From Octopus sinensis (lineage: Eukaryota), in assembly GCF_006345805.1 (NCBI RefSeq), contig NC_042998.1, positions 17,422,001 through 17,486,000 of the forward strand: DNA of 64,000 nt, given 5' to 3'. Both the position numbers and the translations under genes were made by a program. Below, piece by piece: positions 41,287 to 52,373 of this stretch; the stretch's first letter is position 1; every line of letters begins with the position of its first letter. The notes under the pieces are model-generated. The model was not told where the DNA came from, did not search any database, and was given only the letters and a program-made list of their open reading frames with translations.

Positions 41287-41779
41287 ATATATATATATAT
41301 ATATATATATATGCTGATACATAAATTACCAATTTCCTCATCGACATGATTCAGTCTCAACTTATCCATTGAATGTAAAATTATCTTCTTAAAACCCTGC
41401 AAAAAACAACTCTTAATAATATAAATACACATATAATTAAAATATAGCTTTGTATTTTCTGAAGAATTCCAAAGAATGCAACGCATCTCTGTACTCACGA
41501 AAGTTGAGATCAAGTTAACATAAGTTAGTAGTTGGGTTAAATTTAACATACATGTATAACAAAAAGAGAACCCATAGATGACTCTTCTCTAAGTGTGTGA
41601 AATACATGAGAAGCATATCTTAGTTTGTTTGTTTATTTAAGTATTCGTTATTTAAATGATTTTATTCCTGACTATGCTTATACGAATTTTACGTATTTGT
41701 AAATAAAAAAAAATTACGGAAAAAACCCTGAAAAGTAAATGTGATAATAATTTTCCTTAGGAATGGCTACAAAGTCGAA

Positions 41780-42003
41780 ATATTCTTTACTCGAAATAGC
41801 GATAATCTACATATATTGATAATTTCCACGGAGCGGATAAGTCGATTACATCGACCCCTTATTAGACTGGTACATATTTTAACGATCGCGAAAAGAATGA
41901 AAGACTAAGTCCGCATCGGTGGATCCTGAAGTCAGAATTTAAACACAAATGAAACGCCATTAAATATTTTACCCGCTTGCTAACGAGCCTACTAGTTCGC
42001 CGC
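41780..42003 (-). mobile_element. SINE family B, old copy
   Basis: agtcgattacatcgacccc...actggtac...gaaaagaatgaaag...gctaacg resembles the reverse complement of family B. Confidence 0.6.
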
Positions 42004-42055
42004 TTTGTTACATGCCATAGATATTGGAGAATATTTACACTTTCTAGGAAGACTG

Positions 42056-42355
42056 TGCATATGACGTAGTGGTTAAGAGCACGGGCTAATAACACCAAGA
42101 TTCCAATTTCGATTGTAGGCAGTGACCTGGATAATAGTAATAATAATAATAATAATAATATTAACAACAACAACAACATCGAAACATGCCTTAGGAACGA
42201 GAATCCAGGTTCGAAATTTCCCCAAGACACCTGATGAAGGCTGGAGAGTATATCAGCCGAAACGTTGTGTTAACGACGAATAAGATGAGGATAAATATCC
42301 GTCAATTGTAAATAATGTAAATAACGTACATAATTCCTCATCTCTTAAATATAGA
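42056..42355 (+). mobile_element. tRNA-headed SINE, family E, containing a hammerhead motif
   Basis: A-box-like tgacgtagtggttaag and B-box-like atttcgatt, then an (AAT/AAC)n spacer, an HHR at 42226-42271, and a 9-bp inverted repeat at 42283-42291/42335-42343. Confidence 0.7.
42226..42271 (+). ncRNA. Minimal type I hammerhead ribozyme motif
   Basis: gacac-CTGATGA-a-ggctg(gagagtatat)cagcc-GAAA-CG-TT-gtgtt. Core intact. Predicted cleavage after 42266. Confidence 0.75.
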
Positions 42356-42576
42356 TCCGTAAAAAGCTGTTGCTATTAAGCATATCTCAAAGTACAGACT
42401 CTTTAGCTGGAGTTCTAAAAATATTCAGTCCGGGGGCATTCACTGAAGACAGTAGCAAAAGTGTGGTTCTATTTATGTTATAATTTCATCAATCACATTC
42501 ATATCAAAAAATTTAGAAATATAATGCATTTGCATTGAAACTTGGACAATAATTATTTGTATATTATACCTAATGT

Positions 42577-42970
42577 AGGCGCAGGAGTGGCTGTGTGGTA
42601 AGTAGCTTGCTAAGCAACCACATGGTTCCGGGTTCAGTTCCACTGCGTGGCATCTTGGGCATGTGTCTTCTGCTATAGCCCCGGGCCGACCAATGCCTTG
42701 TGAGTGGATTTGGTAGACGGAAACTGAAAGAAGCCTGTCGTATATATGTACATATATGTATATGTATGTATGTGTTTGTGTGTCTGTGTTTGTCCCCCTA
42801 GCATTGCTTGACAACCGATGCTGGTGTGTTTACGTCCCCGTCAAAAGAGACCGATAGAATAATTACTGGGCTTACAAAGAATAAGTCCCGGGGTCGATTT
42901 GCTCGACTAAAGGCGGTGCTCCAGCATGGCCGCAGTCAAATGACTGAAACATGTAAAAGAGTAAAAGAGT
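42577..42970 (+). mobile_element. SINE family A, full length
   Basis: Head ggcgcaggagtggctgtgtggt...ggttcagttcc and tail ggcggtgctccagcatggccgcagtcaaatgactgaaac..(gtaaaaga)n. Possible 6-bp TSD taatgt. Confidence 0.93.
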
Positions 42971-43004
42971 AATGTGTGTATGTATTTGTGTGTGTATGTA
43001 TTTG

Positions 43005-43044
<40 letters not shown>

Positions 43045-43457
43045 TATGTGTGGGGGAGAGTCTGTGCGGATGTAAAGAAATATCTGTATAAATTATTGGT
43101 TGACTATACCACTAACGATTGTCATCACATACAATTATTTTAACTACAAATATAAGTTTCATGAAATCTTAAAACATGAAATCTTAAACATATGTCTTCG
43201 AACGTATAATGCATATTTATCGGTTATAGAATAACATGAAATTTAATATTTATCATATATCAAGATATTAAAACGGAAATATCGTCGACAACCATACGTA
43301 TGTCTTTTCTAACGTGGGCTATAATTTTATAAATCAAACAACGTAAATAACAACACGTGCATATGTATATATATGTGGAGGAGGGGACGCACGCGTGCGC
43401 GTGTGTATATAGATAGAGAAATAGGTGACTGAGAGACGTACGTATGCATATTGTTTG

Positions 43458-43882
43458 GAAGTTGGCTGTGTAGTAAGTAGCTTGCTTACCAACCACATGG
43501 TTCCGGGTTCAGTCCCACCGCGTGACACTTTGGGCAAGTGTCTTCTACTATAGCCTCGGGCCGACCAATGCCTTGTGAGTGGATTTGGTAGACGGAAACT
43601 AAAAGAAGCCCGTCGTATATATGTATATATATATATATGTATATATATATGTATGTGTGTGTATGTTTGTGTGTCTGTGTTTGCCCCCCTAGCATTGCTT
43701 GACAACCGATACTAGTGTGTTTGCGTCCCCGTAACTTAGTGGGTCGGCAAAAGAGACCGATAGAATAAATACTGGGCTTACAAAAGAATAAGTCCCGGGA
43801 TCGCGTTGCTCGATTAAAGGTGGTGCTCCAGCATGGCCGCAGTCAAATGACTGAAACAAGTAAAAGAATAAAGAATAAAGAG
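43458..43882 (+). mobile_element. SINE family A, near full length
   Basis: Matches 42577-42970. Confidence 0.92.
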
Positions 43883-43977
43883 ACTTAAATTAATCGATAA
43901 ATCAGTTCATACGCAATAAGATGAATAGGAAGATAAATAATGTGTATTACAGAGAATACATACAAGCACTATATGGA

Positions 43978-44062
<85 letters not shown>

Positions 44063-44077
44063 TAGATAGATAGATAT

Positions 44078-44166
<89 letters not shown>
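43978..44166. repeat. (GATA)n with a (GACA)n core
   Basis: Directly visible. Confidence 0.95.
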
Positions 44167-44167
<1 letters not shown>

Positions 44168-44557
44168 GTTTTATCAAAAGGAACAGGGAGAAAATTATAG
44201 TAGTCAGTTGCATGTAAGTGAGCAACAAAGACAAATATTGATATATTATATACCACAGGGACGTCTCCATCTCCGGACAATTTGTAACAATCACCAACTG
44301 GCAACTGAAAAAAGATCCATATAAGATGTAAAGTTAACATCAAGAAACGAGAAATTCCAAAACTTAATATGGTATTAGTGAACAGGGAAAAGGTCTAGCC
44401 TGGAGATAGACACGTGAATCTACCTCAGTAGGCCTCGCCAGCAGGAAAATTTTCTAGAATACTGAAGGGATATAATGAAGAGAATATAAATAGTCAATGA
44501 TATTAATATGCTACTGCCATAGGTCTCTTAGTTGTATTTGTCTACACACGTAGAGAG

Positions 44558-44628
<71 letters not shown>

Positions 44629-44640
44629 ATATTATATATA

Positions 44641-44805
44641 CGTAGTTAATCCAAACTTGAAGTATAGTATTATTGGACGCTCAAGAAAGAAGGAAAGAAG
44701 GAGGGTTTAACGTTTCTAGCGGAGCTCTTCATCAGAAACATAGGAAAAGGAAAGATCCAAAGAAGGGAAGATGGGTGAAAAAAATCGCCAACGGTACACA
44801 CGCGG
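44641..44805 (-). mobile_element. ~165-bp non-coding unit embedded in (TA)n with a hammerhead motif
   Basis: TA tracts on both sides. The HHR and downstream ttc..gagcgtc.aataatac resemble the 23211/30491 units. Confidence 0.6.
44705..44739 (-). ncRNA. Minimal type I hammerhead ribozyme motif
   Basis: gttt-CTGATGA-a-gagc(tcc)gcta-GAAA-CG-TT-aaac. One mismatch at the base of stem II. Confidence 0.65.
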
Positions 44806-44875
44806 TATACATATATATATATATATATATATGAATAAAAAATGGAGTTAACGCAGGTTTAAACAAATATTTTTA

Positions 44876-44959
44876 CTTTCTACATATGTTTCGAAAATTC
44901 CACTGATACTATTCAAAAGAATAAAAGGTATAAACAATGCAATCTTCTCTTCGGGAAAG
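44876..44959 (-). ncRNA. Hammerhead-like motif with U4C core and long stem II (inverted terminal-repeat copy)
   Basis: ctttc-CCGAAGA-[~57-nt foldable stem II]-GAAA-CATATG-TA-gaaag. Confidence 0.55.
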
Positions 44960-45599
44960 TGAAAAAACGAAACTCGTCAATACGACATTTTAGCAAAAAA
45001 TGATGGATTCGTATAGCGATAGACAGAACGCTATTAATATTGTTTAAAAAAACGTTATATGATATAACGTCATAAGTAGCTAACAGAAAGAGTAGGGATA
45101 TTAATAGTGAATGTTAAATATAAAGGAAATTAAAGTTTAAACTATATATAATGATAGAGACTACTTATATGCACTAAAAGTATGTTTCTGCCAATGCTTA
45201 CATCTGTATGCTCGTTCTATAACCGTGTTTACTAGAGTATTTTTAGAAAAAATAATGAAAAATAGCTCAGAATTGCAGAGAAGACAGAATTTCTTGCCTT
45301 TGTCATATGGTATCGAAATTGAGAGGATCAACCATTCTAAATGAAATTGTTCATTGTGGTCTTTTAAATCCCAAATCAGTTTGCTGAGACCGGTACTATT
45401 CCGTTTATTTCTATCCCTAAATTAACTCCATTTTTTATTCATATTATTCAAAATATTTAACGTAAACACGAAGTTTCAACCTTTATAAACAAGGAGTTAC
45501 AACATCTTGTGAGATTTTTGCTGCTCTGGTAACTATTGTTAACTAGGTAAAATACACTCATCTATTTATAATACTTTAATCAGGTTTATTAATGACCTG

Positions 45600-47947
45600 C
45601 TAACTGAATAGTTACAGTATATGGAGTTATTGAATATTAAACCTATCTCTTAAGGACATTCCTATTCCACCTAAGAATGTTTTCCTTAAACAACTTGTCA
45701 ATAAGATTAATTCATTCATCAACTGAATAAGATGGCTTACCTTTTCCTTTGACAAAAATGACACTCAACAACACACTAATGATAAAACATCTGAGTTCAA
45801 CAAGTTATTTAAATCTAAAAATAGTCTGCCGCCTAACCCAAGGTTGATTCAATTTGAAGATGATCTCTGGTCCATTGTGAGAAATGTAAAATTTCAACGA
45901 TCACCACTAAGATATAAACATCTGAGGTATCTTCGCAACATCACCAAAGAAATCAATTCTATGGATACTATGTTGGTTCAATTTGATAAGACTGGAAATC
46001 TGTACAAACTTTATAAAGACTATTATTTGGAATTACTTGAAAAAGAAATTCAGAAGAAGTATAAAATTGCTGATAAAAGATACTTAAGAAAGCCAACATT
46101 GAGGCTATGAAAATCATGGAGAAATATAACCTACAAATGAAGACAGAACCACTTGTTCCTAAGCAACCTCGGTTCATTTTGAAGGATCACAAACCAAATT
46201 TTTTACTAACCCATCATTAAGGCTTATCTGCCCTTCTAGCTCTGACATCGGTATCCTTAGTAAAAATATACTAGATAAATATATTCCTAATTTACTCAAA
46301 ACATTAAAACTTAGTTTATGGACTAATTCATTTGACGTAGTTGACTGGTGTAGGTCTATTAACAGTAAGGTGAGTACAAAGTTTATCCAGTTTCATATTT
46401 CCAATTTTTATTCGTCTATTAATCCAATAGTACTTAATAAGGCACTTTGGCTTGCTCATAACAAAGCTGGTCTCACCCGAGAAGAAATTAATGTTGTGTT
46501 GGCAGCCAGAAGATCTATTATTAAATTTGATGATAAGTTGTGGGTCCGTAAAGACACACCAAATAGTTTCGATATACCAATGGGAAGTTCTGATTCAGCA
46601 CAGATAGCTGATTTGGTCTGTATATATATTCTTTTTGAAATGGCTGAAGAGTTCCCTAACATTTATGGAGGTCTATATCGTGATGATCGTTTACTTTACC
46701 TCCAAAATGTTTCCAACCAAAAGGTACAAAAAGTTAAGAATAGTTTAGTTAATTTTTTCAGTAGAATGGGCTTAAAAATCGTTTTTGATGACGATCTGAC
46801 GAAGGCCAACTTTTTAGATATTACGCTTAATTTACACAGTGACTCTTACTTCCCATATCATAAACCGTTGACCAATCTTAAGTACATTAGCAAATTTAGT
46901 AATCATCCTGGAGCAATTACTAAGAAATTAGTTCAGAATATTTCATTTAGATTATCTAAATTATCTGCTAATGTTGATATTTTCAATAATAACGCTGAAT
47001 TCTATAACTCTGCCTTAATCAAAGCAGGTTAAACAGAAAAAATTTTCTACATTGATTCTGCTCAGTCTAATTGTAAATTCAATAATGTAGATAAGATTTC
47101 TAGTCGTAAAAGAATTATTGATAACAAACATAACTTACGCACCGATACAAAGCGAATGAAGGCAGATAACCCTTATTTATTCCCCTATTACCGATCTAAA
47201 AGTAAATATAACACCTTCAAAAGTAATTACGCTATGAATACTAGTAAAAATATTTGAATAATAATTCCTTACGGGAGACAAATTAAATCTAATCTCCCAC
47301 TGCTGTTTCGTCAAGCTATTGCTAGGAATTTTCCAAACAATTCTAGATATTACTCTATAATTAATTCACATAAGTTTAGGATAGGTTTTTCAAACACAAA
47401 AAATCTCTTGCAAATTATATATTCTCATAATAACAAACTGTTTAATATTAATACATTTACTAATACTAACATTAATTTAGCTAATACCATCCAACCCTCT
47501 AGAAATATTAATAACAAGTTTATTGTATCTGAAGTCAATTCCAATAGAATTGAATTTATGTCAAGTAACTCTAAGATTAAAAATTCTATATACCAGTGTA
47601 TAATCAGTACTCGTAATAAAGTACGATTTTACATTGGAAGCACATCGTTAGAGTTATCTAAAAGAATTTCTATCCATTACTTAACATTTAGGGATAGAAA
47701 TAAACGGAATAGTACCGGTCTCAGCAAACTGATTTGGGATTTAAAAGACCACAATGAACAATTTCATTTAGAATGGTTGATCCTCTCAATTTCGATACCA
47801 TATGACAAAGGCAAGAAATTCTGTCTGCTCTGCAATTCTGAGCTATTTTTCATTATTTTTTCTAAAAATACTCTAGTAAACACGGTTATAGAACGAGCAT
47901 ACAGATGTAAGCATTGGCAGAAACATACTTTTAGTGCATATAAGTAG
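45600..47947 (+). pseudogene. PLE1 RT-GIY-YIG ORF, broken by stops and frameshifts
   Basis: Fragments 45844-46110, 46370-47032 (RT) and 47408-47947 (endonuclease). N-terminal SLKDIPIPP..IRW remnant. Confidence 0.88.
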
Positions 47948-48149
47948 TCTCTATCATTACATATATAGTTTAAACTTTAATTTCCTTTATATCTAACATT
48001 CACTATTAATATCCCTACTCTTTCTGTTAGCTACTTATGACGTTATACCATATAACGTTTTTTTAAACAATATTAATAGCGTTCTGTCTATCGCAATACG
48101 AATCCATCATTTTTGCTAAAATGTCGTATTGACGAGTTTCGTTTTTTTC

Positions 48150-48231
48150 CTTTCCGAAGAGAGATTGCATTGTTTATACCTTTTATTCTTTTGAATAGTA
48201 TCAGTGGAATTTTCGAAACATATGTAGAAAG
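48150..48231 (+). ncRNA. Same hammerhead-like motif in the 3' terminal repeat (single-base deletions in and next to the core)
   Basis: ctttc-CGAAGA-gagattgc...tttc-GAAA-CATATG-TA-gaaag. Confidence 0.45.
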
Positions 48232-48442
48232 TAAAAATACTTGTTTAAACCTGCGTTAACTCCATTTTTTATTCATATTATTCAAAATATTTAACGTAAA
48301 CACGAAGTTTCAACCTTTATAAACAGGAGTTACAACATCTTTACTTGTGAGATTTTTGCTGCCCTGGTAACTATTTATTTATTTTCCGTTGTTAATTGTT
48401 AACAAGGTAAAATACACTCATCTATTAGATATATATTATATA

Positions 48443-48751
48443 TAAATCCTTAAAATCCTTTAAAATGTTTTAGCCCGAAGGCCGCGGCCATGCTGGGGAC
48501 CACCGCTGAATGAGCTACAGTAGTTTGTGAATCCACCTCTGATACGTGGCACTTGATCAACAAGGGAGGTCGATGCTTGTGCCCGCATCCGTGTCTCCTG
48601 TCGTGAGGTAGGTTCATCTGGGACTCCCAAACAAGAGAGATCCAGTTTAGTTTTAAGAAACCCACATCCACACATGTAAGTCTCTCAGGCATTTAGGGAG
48701 GATGTTAACGAGATGTGGTCCTCTGAAACCCAAGCTGTTGCAGTATCTGGA

Positions 48752-48753
<2 letters not shown>
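48443..48753 (-). mobile_element. CR1-like LINE 3' terminal fragment
   Basis: FLKTKLDLSCLGVPDEPT...RAQASTSLVDQV, 3' end gcggtggtccccagcatggccgcggcc, and (aaggattta) tail. Confidence 0.75.
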
Positions 48754-48839
<86 letters not shown>

Positions 48840-48978
48840 TATAGATATATATATATAGTATACATATATATATAATATGTATTATATATATGTATACATA
48901 TATATCTATATCTATATATATTATATTATATATATATATATATATATAGGTCCAGATACTGCAACAGCTTGGGTTTAC

Positions 48979-49038
<60 letters not shown>

Positions 49039-49105
49039 CTATATAATATCCACACACACACTATATATATTATATATATATATCTATATATATATATATA
49101 CATAC
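48754..49105. repeat. Long degenerate (TA)n tract containing a fold-back
   Basis: Directly visible. Confidence 0.9.
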
Positions 49106-49769
49106 ATAAAAAATTAAGTTGGATTAGGTACTTGAATTCAGGCACTTCGTTACATCGGAATAATACACCACGCACAACAATATAAGTTCTTCCTTTTTCT
49201 CCTTATCACCCCTCCCCTTTCCCTCACTTCCCTATTATTGCCCTCGACCTGTGGAACTGTTGAGATAAAGCTTGTATATTTGGTTACGTGAGAAACGACC
49301 TTGATATTTTAGTAGGTTGCCCTGACCACAAATTATTTTCTTACCACTGACCAGTAGACATTAAACAACTCCTTAACACATAAACCTATAGTAATGAAGC
49401 CGCCCCCTCCTCTCTTGGAAGTAATGGTAAGTGGCTTACTGGAGTCTACTATTCCTTCCCCCTCCTAAAAACTCTACTAACCTCTAAATTTCTTTGTTCT
49501 GATCAAATATACACTATTCCGGTAAACTAATTCTGTCAACTGAAATAGTAGCAGAATTATTGTAAGTGATTCTGCGCCGTGGATTTTAGTTATGCTAAAT
49601 CATTACCAATGTCCTTTATTTTGAAGTTCATGAATTCATCTGAGGAAAACGGTTTCTTTAAAGTGATGTAATATTTTCATTAATCAATTAAAGGATTTGT
49701 GAGAAGCGGCCATAATGGATTGACCCCTGTACCTCTACTGCTACTCTCATGTATATATATATATATATA

Positions 49770-52150
49770 TAAAGAAAGGGATTATATCACCATTTTCAAA
49801 TGCAAGCCCAGCCTTTTTTATGGCCTTCCTAAAATCCATAAAAACAAATACATCACCGAAGCCTGCAAACTCTCCACTGACATCCACATCAACATCAAAG
49901 CACCGGAGGACCTAAAACTAAGGCCATCGTGGCTGGTACCTCCTGTGAAACACACCGCCTGAGTAACTTCCTAGACTCCTTTTGAAACCTTTCCTTACCC
50001 ACATCAAAAGTTTCATTAGGGATGATCTGGACATGCTCAAGCACCTCCCGAAAACAGTTAACGAGGAGGCACTCCTGGTATCCTTTGATGTCATCAACCT
50101 CTACACCAACATTCCACATGAGTATGGTATAGAGGCAATTGACTTCTGGCTAGAAAAACACCCAGAGACATTCCCTGACCGCATTAACAAGTCTTTTATT
50201 ACAGAATCTCTTAAGTTCATTCTGACAAACAATTTTTTTCTCTTCGACGACACACACTACCGTCAAAAATGTGGCATTGCGATGGGTACCAGGCTGCAAC
50301 AGTCCTTGCGAACCTCATAATGGGGTACTTCGAACTGTCACTCTATGAAATATCAGCCAGAAATTGGGACATGTTTTCCACACCTACCTAATGGAAAACT
50401 GGAAAAGGTATTTAGATGATTGTTTCATCATATGGAAAGAACCTTATGAAAAACTCCTGGAATTCAAAACCATACTAAACAACATACATCCCAAATCCAA
50501 TTCACTATGGAATTAAGCAAACATCATCTCCCATTCCTTGTCTCCATTATAAAAACACCTAAGAACCAAATCATAACAGACATCTACCACAAACCTACAG
50601 ACTCACAACAATACCTCCTCTTTAGTTCATGCCACCCAAAACACACCAAGACAAATATCCCTTTCAATTTAGCTAAAAGGGTATGCACCATTGTCTCGGA
50701 TCCAAAAACACGAGTAATACGCCTTCAAGACCTCAAAAAAACACTATTACAACGTCAATATCCCTCCACCCTTATAGAGTATGAATAAACCGCGCCAAAA
50801 AGAACTAGACAACACTACACTGAAAACCACCCAACCTAACACCACACACAACCTCAACATACTTCCATACATTTCCACCCACAACCCCAAAAATATCGAA
50901 GCATACACCACAATCATACAAAACCTCAGTCTACTGTCAACAGACCCAAAATTGAAAAACATTATAAATACACACAAAATCCTCAAATGCAAAAGGCAAC
51001 ACAAATCTTTAAAAACACTCTTGACAAATGCCAAACTTCACACACCACATCCACCCCCAACATTAAAAAAATGTGCACGCTCAAACTGTGGTACCTGCCC
51101 CTTTCTACTTGAAGGCTCTGAATTTACCTTCAAACAAGGTACGAAGTTTAAAATCAAGACTAACTTCTCCTGTTCCTCCGAGAACCTTATCTACGTTCTC
51201 ACATGCGCTGGTTGCCAACATAATTATGTTGGACAAACGAGTCTCCCGTTACGTAAACGAGTAACGGTGCATAAAGAACAATATAAATCTCCCGGAATAC
51301 CGACAATTCCACTGAGTGACCACTTAGACTCATGTGCTAAAGACTTAAACCCCAAATTCTATATATCCGCTTCTACCAATGTAAAGACGGGATCACCACA
51401 CAGGAGAGAATTAACAAGGAGAATCTCTTTATTGAAAAATTCCAAACACAACTTAATATGCAAACTCCTCGTTAATCAAACTTCCTTTCTCTACCTCACT
51501 CTTCATGGATGGACTAACACAAATATATAAAGATACCATGCATTCATCACTTCAAGCTAAAACTTATATTCTTTAAATATCATTTTTACTATTGTTGTTA
51601 TTACTATCATTTTTATTATAAATGATATGACAATTTGAAATGCAATTGTCTATGCAGATTTATATTATTAGAAAATAATATAAATAAAGTGTTAAAATCT
51701 GAAAGTTAAGTTAACAAGCAATTATATAAAAAAGATAATGCAAATGAAGCTAAAATGATAGTTTTATAATTTGGGTTTTATTGAAGAACTCAAAAGAGTT
51801 GTCTCCCCTTACTCACAACACAGGAACTGAAGAACCAGGACACAATTACTACTACTTCCTGTCCTGCAACATGCTGAATTTAACAACACAACACATCACA
51901 TGCTCTAATCCCTTGGATCTTAACATCTCAAGGTAATTTTTTGGTAAACAACCATAAAACTCAAGATACACAACGAACTCACAATGTATCGGAGTACTTA
52001 TTTTTTAATTTTTGTACATTTTATCATTATTCTTTTACAAAAAACAATGCAATTTTCTTTTTTTTCCCTTCTAATTTTTAAAAAGACTTCTTAAAACATA
52101 AATATTCTTGACAAGTCATACAATGACGAAAACGGTTGAATAAATATATA
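49770..52150 (+). mobile_element. Penelope-like retroelement 2 (frameshifted RT plus GIY-YIG)
   Basis: FYGLPKIHK, LVSFDVINLYTNIPH, YRQKCGIAMGT, RYLDDCF (~50407), TDIYHKPTD.QQYL..SCHP, linker C-x4-C-x2-C, and LIYVLTC..C.HNYVGQT. 3' boundary uncertain. Confidence 0.92.
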
Positions 52151-52232
52151 TTTATAATTTTATCATTTTCTCATTTTATTAAAATTTTCTTTTCATTTGA
52201 GCATTCTGCATTTTTAAAAAAATTTTTCCTTA

Positions 52233-52270
<38 letters not shown>

Positions 52271-52273
<3 letters not shown>

Positions 52274-52353
52274 AACTTAGATAAACTTAGATATGTTTCG
52301 ACCAACGATTGGTCCAGGACATGTCTAACTGATAAGCATCACCTGATAGGATT
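52271..52353 (-). mobile_element. Extreme 3' end of the same LINE family as 26665-28806
   Basis: Reverse complement atcaggtg.tgct.at.agttagacatg.c.tggaccaatc.ttg.tcgaaacatatctaagtttatctaag matches 28726-28806. Confidence 0.85.
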
Positions 52354-52373
52354 ATATATATATATATATATAT

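Larger units (their letters stand above)
44830..48426 (+). mobile_element. Penelope-like retroelement 1 (degenerate ORF) with inverted and direct terminal repeats
   Basis: RT remnants (GIPMGS-like DIPMGSSDSAQIADLV, GLYRDD, NFLDITLNL, YHKP) and a C-terminal GIY-YIG (SIYQCII..FYIGST..FCLLCNSE). 44830-45422 is the reverse complement of 47686-48278, and 45422-45566 is a direct repeat of 48256-48426. Confidence 0.93.

Noticed and set aside
41459-41485. CTGAAGA-attc(caaa)gaat-GCAA hammerhead-like string
   Set aside because: GAAA is broken, with no NUH site and no stem I partner.
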